Shown here: piece by piece, positions 18,059 through 28,920 of the stretch
Numbering within the stretch: the first letter of the stretch is position 1
How the letters are laid out: each line of letters opens with the position of its first letter
NCBI GenBank assembly: GCA_964388035.1
Contig: CAYLZE010000005.1
Location: forward strand, 35,742-99,741
Origin: an uncultured archaeon
Lineage (GTDB): Archaea > Asgardarchaeota > Lokiarchaeia > Sigyniarchaeales > SOKP01
Length of the DNA stretch: 64,000 nucleotides
Direction: 5' to 3'
Translations under genes and position numbers: made by a program
The notes under the pieces: generated by a model
Seen by the model: the letters and a program-made list of their open reading frames with translations, nothing else
What the model was told of the DNA's origin: nothing
The model's database searches: none

Positions 18059-20014
18059 TTGATCATAATGGTTAAAAAAGACACCCGGTTTTTAAGTGAA
18101 ACGGGTAAGGTTTTAATGTTAGGAAATGAAGCTTTAGTAAGGGGAAGCCTCGAAGCGGGTGTTTCCTATGTTTCTCAATATCCGGGAACCCCCACGAGCG
18201 ATATAGGTGAGTATTTTCATCAAATATTGCGGGACCAACCCGAAGTAAAAGAATACATAGTTCATCAATGGGCAGTTAACGAAGCTGTAGCAACATCTTC
18301 TTGTGCGGGTGCAGCGTGGACGGGATGTCGCAGTTTGAATCCCATGAAACACGTGGGACTAAACGTTGCCAGCGATGCATTGAGTGTAATTGCTCTCAAT
18401 GGACCTAATCCTGGCGGAATGGTAATCGTAGTTGGAAGTGATCCCGGTTCTTTAGGGTCCCATCAAGAACAGAATGAGCGTTTTTATGGTTGGATGCTTC
18501 ATCTTCCCAAAATTGAACCCCACACGCCCCAAGAATGCAAAGATTGGATTAAATTAGCTTTTGATCTTTCTGAAAAGCATGATTTGGTCATTGATTTTCG
18601 AACATCCACGAGAAGTGCCCATTCCAGGGGCTTCGTGGAACTTGGTCCTTTGAAAAGAGGCAAATCAAAAGGAGAATTTGTTCGAAACATCCCTAAGTAT
18701 AATTCCTTGCCCCCTCATGCCATTAACAATCATAAAAGGTTATATGAACGAATAGAAAAGTTAAGAAACGAAATTCCTTCTCTCAATCTCAATAAGATCC
18801 TTCCCGGAGATAATAGGACGGGTATTATCACCAGCGGAATACCGTATGGATACACTTTAGAAGCTCTTAATCAATTATCATTAGATGATGTACCGGTCTT
18901 AAAATTAGGAATGATTTATCCCTTGAATTATAAAGAAATTTTGGATTTCATGCAGGATTTGGACCGAGTCATAATAATCGAAGAATTGGAACCTTTTTTG
19001 GAAGTGAAGCTTGCTGAAATTGCTCAAAAAGAAAGGATTAACTTGAAAATAATAGGAAAAGAATTTTTTCCATCATATGATGAATTTTCCACGGGATTAG
19101 TCGCTTCTTGCTTAGCAAAGATATTTGAGAAAAAACCCAATGAACAAATGCGCATTGCCACGGAATTATTTGATGAATATAAGAAAATTATACCCAGTCG
19201 CTTTCCTACCTTCTGTGCTGGGTGCCCAGAACGGGCTACCCTTTATTCCATACTTAAAGCCACGGACAATTTAACCAATACCGTGGTATGTGGGGACATC
19301 GGATGTTATGTCATGTCCTTTTTTCCGCCTCAAGAATGCTCAGATTTAATCATCTGCATGTCGGGGGGATTAAGTGCTGCGATTGGAATGTCTACCAAGA
19401 CAGATCAAAAAGTTCTCGCCATGATCGGTGATTCTACCTTTTTTCACACCGGAATGAGTCCTCTGGCAGAAGCCGTTGGATACAATTCCAACGTTCTCTT
19501 GATCATTTTTGAAAATTCTTGGACCGCTATGACGGGACATCAAAACGATGTACTCCGCTATTTAAATACCCAAGGATTTTCAATTGAAAAAATCTGTAAA
19601 GCAATTGGAGTACAATGGTTAAAAGTAGAAGACTCCTATAATCCAAAGAGGTTAACCAAGACGATTGAAAGTGCTTTAGAATCAAAGGGGCTTAAGGTTA
19701 TAATAATAAAAAGAGAATGCGGTTTACAAGCCCATAGATGGCGCATGAGCCAGATTCGTGAATTAGAATCCCAAAATAAGAAATATCAAGAAGTAATATA
19801 TCAAATATATGGATGCCAAGTCTGCCATGAATGCAGCAGAATCCTTAGCTGTCCTGCAATTAGACGAGTTACGGTAGACGGGAGAGAAACCATGCAAATT
19901 GACCAAGACAGATGCATTAAATGTGGCGTTTGCTATGAGATCTGCCCCAATAAAGCCATTCATAAATCTACTATCAATGCATTGGAAGAAGAGGTGCCTT
20001 TTCGTGAAATTTAA
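18059..20014 (+). CDS. iorA: Indolepyruvate:ferredoxin oxidoreductase alpha subunit
   Basis: LGNEA..RG, YPGTP, MKHVGLNVASD, FCAGCP, GDIGCY, IGDSTFFH TPP motif, C-terminal 4Fe-4S motifs. Confidence 0.92.
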   Translation: MIIMVKKDTRFLSETGKVLMLGNEALVRGSLEAGVSYVSQYPGTPTSDIGEYFHQILRDQPEVKEYIVHQWAVNEAVATSSCAGAAWTGCRSLNPMKHVGLNVASDALSVIALNGPNPGGMVIVVGSDPGSLGSHQEQNERFYGWMLHLPKIEPHTPQECKDWIKLAFDLSEKHDLVIDFRTSTRSAHSRGFVELGPLKRGKSKGEFVRNIPKYNSLPPHAINNHKRLYERIEKLRNEIPSLNLNKILPGDNRTGIITSGIPYGYTLEALNQLSLDDVPVLKLGMIYPLNYKEILDFMQDLDRVIIIEELEPFLEVKLAEIAQKERINLKIIGKEFFPSYDEFSTGLVASCLAKIFEKKPNEQMRIATELFDEYKKIIPSRFPTFCAGCPERATLYSILKATDNLTNTVVCGDIGCYVMSFFPPQECSDLIICMSGGLSAAIGMSTKTDQKVLAMIGDSTFFHTGMSPLAEAVGYNSNVLLIIFENSWTAMTGHQNDVLRYLNTQGFSIEKICKAIGVQWLKVEDSYNPKRLTKTIESALESKGLKVIIIKRECGLQAHRWRMSQIRELESQNKKYQEVIYQIYGCQVCHECSRILSCPAIRRVTVDGRETMQIDQDRCIKCGVCYEICPNKAIHKSTINALEEEVPFREI

Positions 20015-20072
20015 GGAAAATAAAATATTATTAAACATGGTGTCTGGCTTGTCGAAGGTGAGTAGTTAATTC

Positions 20073-20723
20073 ATGACGTCTAATCAAAATGATATTGTAA
20101 ATTTAGTTATCGCTGGTACTGCAGGTCAAGGGGTCATTACCCTTAAACGATTAATAGAATTTGCTGCTCAGAAGGCGGGCGTGGATCGAATCTTCGGCAG
20201 TGAGATGCATGGGTTAGCGCAACGCGAAGGCTCCATTACCAGCCATACCAGGTATCAGATGAAAATTTTTGCTAATGAGAGAAAAAATCTACAATCGCCC
20301 TTGATCAGTTATGGAGATGCTGATTTATTCATATGCCTTGAGCCCGTGGAAGCCTTGAGAAGAGGAATATATGCTTCCCATAAAACCATGTTTGTATTGA
20401 ATGAACGCACCATCCCTCCCATCTTGATCACGGCAGATTTGGAAGAATATCCTCCGTTAGAAAAAATAGGTTCGATTCTGGGCAAGTATTCATCCCAAGT
20501 TTATTTCATGAATGCCACGGATTTAGCTTTAAAATTTTTCAGTTCGAATCAAATGGTCAATATCATCATGTTAGGGTTTGCAATTGCGACGGATAAACTG
20601 CCCTTCATAAAAATTGAACATTACGAACAAGTTATTGAAGAATGGCTCCGAGATCCCGATGATAACATTAAAGCATTGCACATGGGGATTGAAAAAGGAA
20701 AGGAAATCGTTAATTCTTTTTAA
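20073..20723 (+). CDS. iorB: Indolepyruvate:ferredoxin oxidoreductase beta subunit
   Basis: G..GQG, SE.HGLAQR.GS, N..MLG; follows iorA. Confidence 0.9.
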   Translation: MTSNQNDIVNLVIAGTAGQGVITLKRLIEFAAQKAGVDRIFGSEMHGLAQREGSITSHTRYQMKIFANERKNLQSPLISYGDADLFICLEPVEALRRGIYASHKTMFVLNERTIPPILITADLEEYPPLEKIGSILGKYSSQVYFMNATDLALKFFSSNQMVNIIMLGFAIATDKLPFIKIEHYEQVIEEWLRDPDDNIKALHMGIEKGKEIVNSF

Positions 20724-20829
20724 TCTCTCGATTTAAAAGAGAATAAATTGCGATAATAGAAAAAAAGAGAGGTTTTCTTCTAGTAATTTTACTGTGAATT
20801 ATTTAGTAATTATTGATTAGTAATCTTCT

Positions 20830-21354
20830 TCATGCTCTTTTGATAACTTTCACTAAACCCTTATCCCGTAATTTATCCATCATTTTTTCGATTTCTTCCA
20901 GGCTTTTTTTAGCAATTTCCGCCACTTGCTCTATGGTATTCATGCCATCACATATTTTTAACACGACATATTCATCTTGGGTTATCATGCCTAAATTTAC
21001 GCTCATGACGGGGATATCTTTAACTACAATAGGGATGCGCACTTCTCCACTGGGAGTGGCGGCTTCAAATTCTTCCATGCTGGGGGATTCACCAAAAAAA
21101 CTCTTCACTCCCGTCACGTTAAAATCTTGATTAATATATACGTACAAGGTATGCTCCTTAACCGAGGGATCATCAGGATCCTCAAGATCAGGATACGGAT
21201 TCACGTGAGAATATTCCTTGGTGTAAATGCCTGTTTCTAATCCGTTAAGGATCTCGTCCTTATCAACCCTAATCTCAATATGCTCCTTGCAAATATCGCA
21301 CCATGTCCATATTTGTACAAATCGGAAATAATTTTTTACTTTATTCTCTGGCAT
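20830..21354 (-). CDS. Conserved hypothetical protein with CxxC and C-terminal winged helix
   Basis: CDIC; VLKICDG.NTIEQVA.......L..KGLV. Confidence 0.7.
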   Translation of the reverse strand: MPENKVKNYFRFVQIWTWCDICKEHIEIRVDKDEILNGLETGIYTKEYSHVNPYPDLEDPDDPSVKEHTLYVYINQDFNVTGVKSFFGESPSMEEFEAATPSGEVRIPIVVKDIPVMSVNLGMITQDEYVVLKICDGMNTIEQVAEIAKKSLEEIEKMMDKLRDKGLVKVIKRA

Positions 21355-21595
21355 TAAAAAGACCTACTTTATAATTAAATATTTTCCCTTAAAGACTGAG
21401 GAAATGTTAAATAAATTTAAAATGAATATTACAACCTATATACAACATATGATACTTTAGAATTTAAAGATTTGTTGAAAATGGAAAGAATGGTCATGAA
21501 AATGGAACTATCTCTTGAATTTTTGGTAGACGAAAAAAATTAAAGTCATCAAAAATTAGAATCACTAATATTATCATTTAGTAATAGCTGAAATA

Positions 21596-21769
21596 ATGTC
21601 AGTAAAAAAGAACACGTGCTTATCTTGTGGTCATCCGATCGCCCCATATGAAAATGCTGTTCATTTTCCCTGTCCAAATTGTGGAGATGTTACTATATGG
21701 CGTTGTGAGCGCTGTAGGATCATGGGGAAAACGTATAAATGTTTGAAATGCGATTTTGAAGGACCATAA
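21596..21769 (+). CDS. Small zinc-ribbon protein (HVO_2753/DUF1610 family)
   Basis: Manual translation [57 protein letters not shown]; four CxxC; typical position upstream of aEF1B; below ORF-track size cutoff. Confidence 0.92.
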   Translation: MSVKKNTCLSCGHPIAPYENAVHFPCPNCGDVTIWRCERCRIMGKTYKCLKCDFEGP

Positions 21770-21807
21770 TTGCGTGAAAGTCACAATAATAAAAGGAGTT
21801 GCAAGTA

Positions 21808-22074
21808 ATGGGAGAATATATGGCTTTAATCGATATGATCCCCGAGGATATTGATACCGATTTCGATGTGCTTATCGAAGAGGTGAAAAAAGTGATTCCC
21901 GAGTCTTGCACGCTCGAGCGCCATGATATCATGCCAGTGGCGTTTGGCTTGAAGAAAGTAAGGCTCCGGATACGCTATCCCGAAGAATGGGGAGGAACCG
22001 AAAAATTAGAAGAATATTTGAACACTATAGAAGGGTTACAGGGAGTAGAAGCTATTGCTTTTTCGAAAGCTTGA
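21808..22074 (+). CDS. ef1B: Translation elongation factor aEF-1 beta
   Basis: PVAFGLKK motif, GGTE.LE; ATG 21808 preceded by AGGAG. Confidence 0.9.
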   Translation: MGEYMALIDMIPEDIDTDFDVLIEEVKKVIPESCTLERHDIMPVAFGLKKVRLRIRYPEEWGGTEKLEEYLNTIEGLQGVEAIAFSKA

Positions 22075-22338
22075 ATGATTGAGGGCTTTCTTATTCCCAA
22101 TTTAGTTGCTAAATTTTTATGGAATTAAAAATGAACGCTTTTCTTTTTCCTTTTTCAATATCATGTATTTTTAGACCTTTTTAAAAGAAGAATCTTTTTA
22201 TTAAGGGTTAGAGATTTTATTTCGGATGAATAAATAGATTTTAAAATTCATGCTGTTTAATAGCTAAAAATTACAAGAATTCTGGAGCAAAATGAAGGTA
22301 AAAGCAAAGAAATAATATAATATTAAATATTCAAATGT

Positions 22339-23130
22339 TTACAGTCTCTTTTTAAGTGTCTTTTTATGGATGAAGAAGGATAAGAAGAGAAATCCCAGCC
22401 CAAATCCAATCATCACTAGAAAATCAATTAAAAGTCCGTAAATACCAAATGCACTGGAATCACCTAATCCCACGTTAATCATATCAATGAAGTAAGAGAG
22501 AGGTGAAAGGAGAGTCACGGGAGTGATTGTAATCGGCTCAAAGAGAGGACTAATAAAAATGAGAGGAAATTTAATGACAGTAGTTAATATATTCACATAT
22601 CCCGGATTTTCCGTTGGAGGAGTGGAAAGAATGAGACTAAAGCTTGAAAAAGCAAGTGCTCCAATAAACATTCCGATTAGAACAATTATAAAACCTAAAG
22701 AAAAGGAAAGGGAGAAAATAATCATTCCTAAGAACAAGGGAACGAAAGAGAACATGAATCCATAGCTAAATGAACTCCAAACACATCCCAATAGAATAGT
22801 TTTAATTGAGATAGGACAGGTAATTAATCTCTCCAGCGTTTTTCTCATGGTTTCCCAGGGAAAAATTACGGGTCCTATGGAGGTGGAAGTCAAGAACAAG
22901 ACCATGGTTATTAGTCCAGAGATCATGTGGATCGGTTGAACTACTCGTCCGATGACAAAAGCAAAAAATAAGATCACGGGAAAAATTATTCCCTGCATCA
23001 GCACGGGGGGTTTATTGTAATAAATTCTGGTGTAAAGCCCTGAAATATAGAAGGATTTCCTAAATTGCGTCCAGAAATTTTGAATTTTTGAAATGTTTTC
23101 AAACATTGATTCTTCTTTAATCTTTTCCAC
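22339..23130 (-). CDS. ABC-2 type exporter permease (copy 1)
   Basis: Six TM segments, E...TLERL..P, SPL.Y. Confidence 0.88.
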   Translation of the reverse strand: MEKIKEESMFENISKIQNFWTQFRKSFYISGLYTRIYYNKPPVLMQGIIFPVILFFAFVIGRVVQPIHMISGLITMVLFLTSTSIGPVIFPWETMRKTLERLITCPISIKTILLGCVWSSFSYGFMFSFVPLFLGMIIFSLSFSLGFIIVLIGMFIGALAFSSFSLILSTPPTENPGYVNILTTVIKFPLIFISPLFEPITITPVTLLSPLSYFIDMINVGLGDSSAFGIYGLLIDFLVMIGFGLGFLFLSFFIHKKTLKKRL

Positions 23131-24106
23131 CTCTTTCTATGATGGTTAAAAAAACTTCCTCTAGTTTTGGAATGTGGTTATTTATTTGTTTTATCTTTAA
23201 CTGGTTTCGAGTTGCAAATTCAACGATATTACACACGGCAATATCAATTTCTTTAACTATAACCTGATAACTATCTTCATCTTTTTGGATTTTTATCACC
23301 GAAGGCATGTTTTTTAATTCTTCTTCGTTAACCCTCCCTTCGAAATTTAGAATAATAGCTTGATATTCTTGGGTTAATCTGCGCAAGTTTGCAGGAGTAT
23401 CCAAGCTAATGATCTTGCCGTGATCGATGATGGCGATTCTATCACAGAGCTCATTGGCAACCTCCATGTCGTGCGTGGTTATAAAAATAGTCATTCCTTC
23501 ACTATTATATTCCTTTATTAATTGCTTTATAATTTTAGCACTTTGAACATCCAAGCCCGAAGTGGGTTCATCCAGAAATAAAATTTTCGGCCCGCTCATT
23601 AAGGCCATGCAAAGCAATAACCTCTGTTTCATCCCTTTTGAGTATTTTTTTGCCGTGAGGTTTTTTTTCTCGAACAATTCAAACTTTTTTAATAATTCTT
23701 CCGCTTTTTTATTCCTCTCTTTCTTTTCCATTCCATACAATGAACCTATGAATGTCAGATTTTGGATTCCCGACAATTCTAAATATACATTTGCCATTTC
23801 GGGAACGTTACCCGTGATTTGCTTTACCTGTATGGGATGTTGCCACATATCATTGCCAAATACATTAATTTTGCCCTTAGTAGGTTCTAAAACCCCCGTC
23901 AACATTCGAATCGTGGTGGTCTTTCCCGCTCCATTCGGACCCAGAAATCCAAATATCTCTCCCGTTTTTACTTCAAAATTAATATCATCCACAGCTCGAA
24001 TTGCCATTTTTGTGCCATCTGAAGGTTTTCCCCACTTCAATCCTTTTCTTTCTCGTTTTGGGGTATCAAAATACTTGCATAGACCGCTTACTTCAATCGC
24101 ATTCAC
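23117..24106 (-). CDS. ABC exporter ATP-binding subunit (copy 1)
   Basis: GPNGAGKTT, YSKGM, LDEPT, THDM. Confidence 0.93.
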   Translation of the reverse strand: MNAIEVSGLCKYFDTPKRERKGLKWGKPSDGTKMAIRAVDDINFEVKTGEIFGFLGPNGAGKTTTIRMLTGVLEPTKGKINVFGNDMWQHPIQVKQITGNVPEMANVYLELSGIQNLTFIGSLYGMEKKERNKKAEELLKKFELFEKKNLTAKKYSKGMKQRLLLCMALMSGPKILFLDEPTSGLDVQSAKIIKQLIKEYNSEGMTIFITTHDMEVANELCDRIAIIDHGKIISLDTPANLRRLTQEYQAIILNFEGRVNEEELKNMPSVIKIQKDEDSYQVIVKEIDIAVCNIVEFATRNQLKIKQINNHIPKLEEVFLTIIERGGKD

Positions 24107-24325
24107 TTAATTCACCAAGTAAATAAATGAAATTTTTTTATATATAATTTTAATATTTAATATACGATTATTCTTACTAGACATAACGCTAGATCAAGTT
24201 TATTCTTTTCTCAAAACATGTCTTTACAGAAATGTAGAATACATTTATAAAGTGATTACATTGAAATTAAGAGAATAAGATTTAATAAAATATAGAAAAA
24301 AAAAAGATATTTAAAATACCACTAG

Positions 24326-25117
24326 TTATAATCTTCTTTTAATTGTTATTTTATGGATGAAGAAGGATAAGAAAAGGAATCCAAAGCCAAATGCGATTAC
24401 TACCGCAAAATCGATTAATAAACCGAAATTACCAAATGCGCTAACCTCTCCAAATCCCACGTTAATGATATCAATGAAATAAGTTAAGGGCGAAAGTAAA
24501 GTAGCGGGAGTAATCGTTATTGGAGTGAAGAGAGGACTAATAAATATTAGGGGAAATTTAATTAGAACTGTTAAGAGCATGGTATTTCCGGGAGTGTCCG
24601 TTGGAGGAGTAGAGAGAATTAGACTGAAGCTTGAAAAGGCTAATGCACCGATAAACATTCCTATAATAATAATTACGAAACTGGGAGGAAAAGGAATAGA
24701 GAAAAAAATCATTCCTAAGAACAATGGTATAAAAGAGAAAGCAAATCCATAAACAAAAGAACTCCAAACGCATCCCATTAGGATTGTCTTTATCGAGATA
24801 GGACAGGTGATTAATCTCTCCAGCGTTTTTCTTCCGGTTTCCCAGGGGAAAATTACGGGTCCTATGGAGGTGGAAGTCAAGAACAGGACCATGGTTATTA
24901 ATCCAGAAACTATGTGAACTGGTTGAATCACTCTCCCAATAATGAAGGCAAAGAACAACATTATTGGGAATAATATTCCTTGGATCAGCACGGGAGGTTT
25001 ATTATAATAAATTCGAACATAAGTCATTGAAATATAGAACGACCTTTTTAATTGCATCCATAAACCTCGTAATTTTGAAATATTTTCAAACATTGATTCT
25101 TCTTTAATCTTTTCCAC
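24326..25117 (-). CDS. ABC-2 type exporter permease (copy 2)
   Basis: Paralog of 22339..23130. Confidence 0.88.
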   Translation of the reverse strand: MEKIKEESMFENISKLRGLWMQLKRSFYISMTYVRIYYNKPPVLIQGILFPIMLFFAFIIGRVIQPVHIVSGLITMVLFLTSTSIGPVIFPWETGRKTLERLITCPISIKTILMGCVWSSFVYGFAFSFIPLFLGMIFFSIPFPPSFVIIIIGMFIGALAFSSFSLILSTPPTDTPGNTMLLTVLIKFPLIFISPLFTPITITPATLLSPLTYFIDIINVGFGEVSAFGNFGLLIDFAVVIAFGFGFLFLSFFIHKITIKRRL

Positions 25118-26093
25118 CTCTTTCTATGATGGTTAAAAAAACTTCCTCTAGTTTTGGAATGTGGTTATTTATTTGTTTTATCTTTAACTGGTTTCGAGTT
25201 GCAAATTCAACGATATTACACACGGCAATATCAATTTCTTTAACTATAACCTGATAACTATCTTCATCTTTTTGGATTTTTATCACCGAAGGCATGTTTT
25301 TTAATTCTTCTTCGTTAACCCTCCCTTCGAAATTTAGAATAATAGCTTGATATTCTTGGGTTAATCTGCGCAAGTTTGCAGGAGTATCCAAGCTAATGAT
25401 CTTGCCGTGATCGATGATGGCGATTCTATCACAGAGCTCATTGGCAACCTCCATGTCGTGCGTGGTTATAAAAATAGTCATTCCTTCACTATTATATTCC
25501 TTTATTAATTGCTTTATAATTTTAGCACTTTGAACATCCAAGCCCGAAGTGGGTTCATCCAGAAATAAAATTTTCGGCCCGCTCATTAAGGCCATGCAAA
25601 GCAATAACCTCTGTTTCATCCCTTTTGAGTATTTTTTTGCCGTGAGGTTTTTTTTCTCGAACAATTCAAACTTTTTTAATAATTCTTCCGCTTTTTTATT
25701 CCTCTCTTTCTTTTCCATTCCATACAATGAACCTATGAATGTCAGATTTTGGATTCCCGACAATTCTAAATATACATTTGCCATTTCGGGAACGTTACCC
25801 GTGATTTGCTTTACCTGTATGGGATGTTGCCACATATCATTGCCAAATACATTAATTTTGCCCTTAGTAGGTTCTAAAACCCCCGTCAACATTCGAATCG
25901 TGGTGGTCTTTCCCGCTCCATTCGGACCCAGAAATCCAAATATCTCTCCCGTTTTTACTTCAAAATTAATATCATCCACAGCTCGAATTGCCATTTTTGT
26001 ACCATCTGAAGCTTTTCCCCTCTTCAATCCTTTTCTTTCTCGTTTTGGGGTATCAAAATATTTGCATAAACTGCTTACTTCAATTGCATTCAC
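25104..26093 (-). CDS. ABC exporter ATP-binding subunit (copy 2)
   Basis: Differs from copy 1 at only three N-terminal residues. Confidence 0.93.
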   Translation of the reverse strand: MNAIEVSSLCKYFDTPKRERKGLKRGKASDGTKMAIRAVDDINFEVKTGEIFGFLGPNGAGKTTTIRMLTGVLEPTKGKINVFGNDMWQHPIQVKQITGNVPEMANVYLELSGIQNLTFIGSLYGMEKKERNKKAEELLKKFELFEKKNLTAKKYSKGMKQRLLLCMALMSGPKILFLDEPTSGLDVQSAKIIKQLIKEYNSEGMTIFITTHDMEVANELCDRIAIIDHGKIISLDTPANLRRLTQEYQAIILNFEGRVNEEELKNMPSVIKIQKDEDSYQVIVKEIDIAVCNIVEFATRNQLKIKQINNHIPKLEEVFLTIIERGGKD

Positions 26094-26307
26094 TCAATTC
26101 ACCAAAAACGTATAATAAAAATATATTAATAAGCTTAATGCTTAATTTCAGAATATATTTACTAAAAATATAATTTGGGAAATTTACTTTTTATCAATAC
26201 GTTGCTATATAAAAATTGCACAACTTGTTGTATTAGGGGTCTAAAAATCAATAAGAATAAGATTTGTTAAAATTTAAAAAAAAAATTAAGGAATCATAAA
26301 GATTTGG

Positions 26308-27096
26308 TTAATCCTTGAATCTCCTTTCTAATGTTTTTGCGTGAAGAAAAAAAGCCAGAAAAAGGAAAAATAGTCCAAAGGCACCTAAAATTGCTAAGTC
26401 AATCAAGATACCATGCATTCCAAAGATACTCGCATCTCCAAATCCTACATTAATTACATCGATAAAATAGGTTAATGGCGAAATAAATGCAGTAGGGGAT
26501 AGCATAATCGGCACGAATAGGGGACTAATGAAGATCAAGGGAAATTTAATGAGGATGGTCAACACCATGGTATTCCCGGGAGCATCCGTGGAAGGGACGG
26601 AAAAAAGAAGCCCAAAACTTGCAAACATCAATCCCGCTATCACCATTCCAATGAGAATTATGAACAAATTCATCGTTAAATATAAAGAACCAAAAATTAT
26701 CCCCAAGATGAGCGGAATGGATGAAAAAATGAGCCCGTGGATAAAAGAGCTCCACATGCTTCCTAACAAGATCGTCCTGATGGAAATAGGACATGTAATT
26801 AACCTTTCAAAGCTCTTGCTCATCGTCTCCCAGGGAAAGACAATCGGTCCTATGGCGGTGGAAGTTAAAAAGATAATCATTGCCATCATTCCAGAAACTA
26901 AATATCGCACTTGCACGCTTCTTCCGATGGTTAATGCTATGAAAAGGATGATGGGAAAGAGAATACCTTGAATCAGGACCGGGGGTTTATTGTAATATAT
27001 TTTAAGATCCTTTTTTGTAATTGCAAACGAGCGTTTTATTTGAGTAAAGAAACCTATTCCCTTTAATGGATCCATGCTCATTCTTTTTTCATCCAT
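26308..27096 (-). CDS. ABC-2 type exporter permease (copy 3)
   Basis: More divergent paralog; YYNKPPVLIQGI shared. Confidence 0.88.
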   Translation of the reverse strand: MDEKRMSMDPLKGIGFFTQIKRSFAITKKDLKIYYNKPPVLIQGILFPIILFIALTIGRSVQVRYLVSGMMAMIIFLTSTAIGPIVFPWETMSKSFERLITCPISIRTILLGSMWSSFIHGLIFSSIPLILGIIFGSLYLTMNLFIILIGMVIAGLMFASFGLLFSVPSTDAPGNTMVLTILIKFPLIFISPLFVPIMLSPTAFISPLTYFIDVINVGFGDASIFGMHGILIDLAILGAFGLFFLFLAFFLHAKTLERRFKD

Positions 27097-28087
27097 TTAC
27101 AACACCTCTTTCAAGAATTGTTAAAAATGCTTCTTCTAATTTCGGTTGGTGAGTGTTCAATTGTTTGATAATAATATTTTTTGACTTAACATAGTCAATA
27201 ATCTGGCATATAGATTCGGTGAGATTATCAACAATTACGCGAAATCCTTCGGGTATTACTTGCACTTCTTTCACGGCCGGGATATTTTTGACATCTTCTT
27301 CTTTCACACCATTCGCAAAGTAGACGTCGATAGCTTGAAATTCCTGTGTTAATCTTTTAATGTTTGCCGGGGTATCTAAACTGATTATCTTACCGTGACT
27401 GATGATAGCGATTCTATCACAGAGCTCATTAGCCACTTCCATGTCATGTGTGGTTATAAAAATGGTCATTCCACGTTCATTATATTGCTTTAATAATTGT
27501 TTTATTATTTTCGCGCTTTGAACATCCAATCCCGAGGTGGGTTCATCCAGAAATAGAATTTCCGGCTCGCTCATTAGTGCCATGCAGAGTAATAATCTTT
27601 GCTTCATTCCTTTTGAATACTTTTTAGTCTTGAGATGGCGTTTTTCATATAAGTCAAATTTTTTCAATAATTCTTCCCCCCTTTCCATTCTCCTTTTCTT
27701 CGGAATCCCATATAGTTCTCCCATGAATAAGAGATTCTCCCATCCCGTAAAGGAAATATATGCATTTGCCATTTCTGGGACATTACCCGTGATCTGTTTC
27801 ACTTGAAGTGGCTGTTTCCATGCATCCATTCCAAATATCTCTATTTTACCATGAGTCGGACGCAACACCCCCGTCATCATTCGAATGGTGGTAGTTTTTC
27901 CAGCCCCATTAGGTCCGAGGAACCCAAATATTTCCCCTCGTTCCACTTGAAAATTAATCCCATCTACAGCACGAATGATGTAATTTTCTCCATTTAAGGT
28001 ATTATTTGCTTTATTCCCCTTTTTTCGATTTATCTTCGATTTAAAATGCTTGGATAAATCTTTTACCATAATAGCCGTAGTGTTCAC
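27089..28087 (-). CDS. ABC exporter ATP-binding subunit (copy 3)
   Basis: Walker A/B and signature motifs. Confidence 0.92.
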   Translation of the reverse strand: MNTTAIMVKDLSKHFKSKINRKKGNKANNTLNGENYIIRAVDGINFQVERGEIFGFLGPNGAGKTTTIRMMTGVLRPTHGKIEIFGMDAWKQPLQVKQITGNVPEMANAYISFTGWENLLFMGELYGIPKKRRMERGEELLKKFDLYEKRHLKTKKYSKGMKQRLLLCMALMSEPEILFLDEPTSGLDVQSAKIIKQLLKQYNERGMTIFITTHDMEVANELCDRIAIISHGKIISLDTPANIKRLTQEFQAIDVYFANGVKEEDVKNIPAVKEVQVIPEGFRVIVDNLTESICQIIDYVKSKNIIIKQLNTHQPKLEEAFLTILERGVVNG

Positions 28088-28128
28088 TTTAATTACCTCT
28101 TGAGAATATTTTATTATTTACTTTATAT

Positions 28129-28290
28129 TCATTCCTCTTCCTTTTCTAGATGGACATGCTTGAATAGTTCATCAATAGATTGTTCACCGTGGCATTTTAT
28201 AATTTGATTTATCGAACATCCATTAGGATGTTTTTCCAAGATGTCAGGATGACTGCAGTCACATTCTTCCTTTTTAATTTTCATTTTCAT
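28129..28290 (-). CDS. Small Cys/His-rich protein (53 aa), probable metal-binding
   Basis: MKMKIKKEECDCSHPDILEKHPNGCSINQIIKCHGEQ...; AAAGGAG RBS upstream; heads the ABC cluster; not in ORF track. Confidence 0.72.
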   Translation of the reverse strand: MKMKIKKEECDCSHPDILEKHPNGCSINQIIKCHGEQSIDELFKHVHLEKEEE

Positions 28291-28482
28291 GTACTCTACA
28301 CTCCTTTTAATTTATTTTTTCCATTAATTTAATTATATTTATCATTAGTTGAATATTAGGTTTAACCAATGAAACTGCATATTTAAATATAACGAAAATT
28401 CTTTTCAATAGTTAAAAATAAAACCTAAAAATTTATTTACCAGAAGTAAATATACTAATTTGAATAGGAAAGGAATTAGACC

Positions 28483-28845
28483 ATGCCTCAAAAAATGAAA
28501 GAAATTAACCTCTCTGAAATTGATATATTTGTAAAAGCCCTGCATTGTCCCATTCGATGGGATATCATTGAAATTTTAAAAAACGGACCAAAAAGTTCAA
28601 AAGAAATATATGATATTCTTAAGGAAAAACCAACTGCTGAAAATTCTAATGATCCTAACTGTAAAGGAAAGTGTCACGATAATATATATCCTAATTTGAA
28701 GAAGCATTCTCTCTATTATCATTTACGGGAATTGGAAGCGGTAAAGATCATCGCATTGGATGAATTTAAGCCCAGTGAGGAGGGAAGGGCTCCTGAAAAG
28801 GTATGGAAATTGAACATGGATAAGATAGTGATTAATTTGAAATAA
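28483..28845 (+). CDS. ArsR/SmtB-family transcriptional regulator
   Basis: KAL.CP.R..I..L, YYHL..LE; Cys-containing insertion CKGKCH; divergent from the ABC cluster. Confidence 0.8.
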   Translation: MPQKMKEINLSEIDIFVKALHCPIRWDIIEILKNGPKSSKEIYDILKEKPTAENSNDPNCKGKCHDNIYPNLKKHSLYYHLRELEAVKIIALDEFKPSEEGRAPEKVWKLNMDKIVINLK

Positions 28846-28920
28846 AGAGAGAGCTGGATACCCTTCTCCTTTCTGTCAAGAATCTCTTTTTAAATTTATT
28901 TGATTTGAAACGGAGGGATC

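Larger units (their letters stand above)
23090..26104. repeat. Near-identical ~1 kb direct repeat (about 23090..24117 and 25077..26104)
   Basis: ATPase genes and the first permease codons match at nucleotide level, offset about 1987 bp. Confidence 0.88.
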
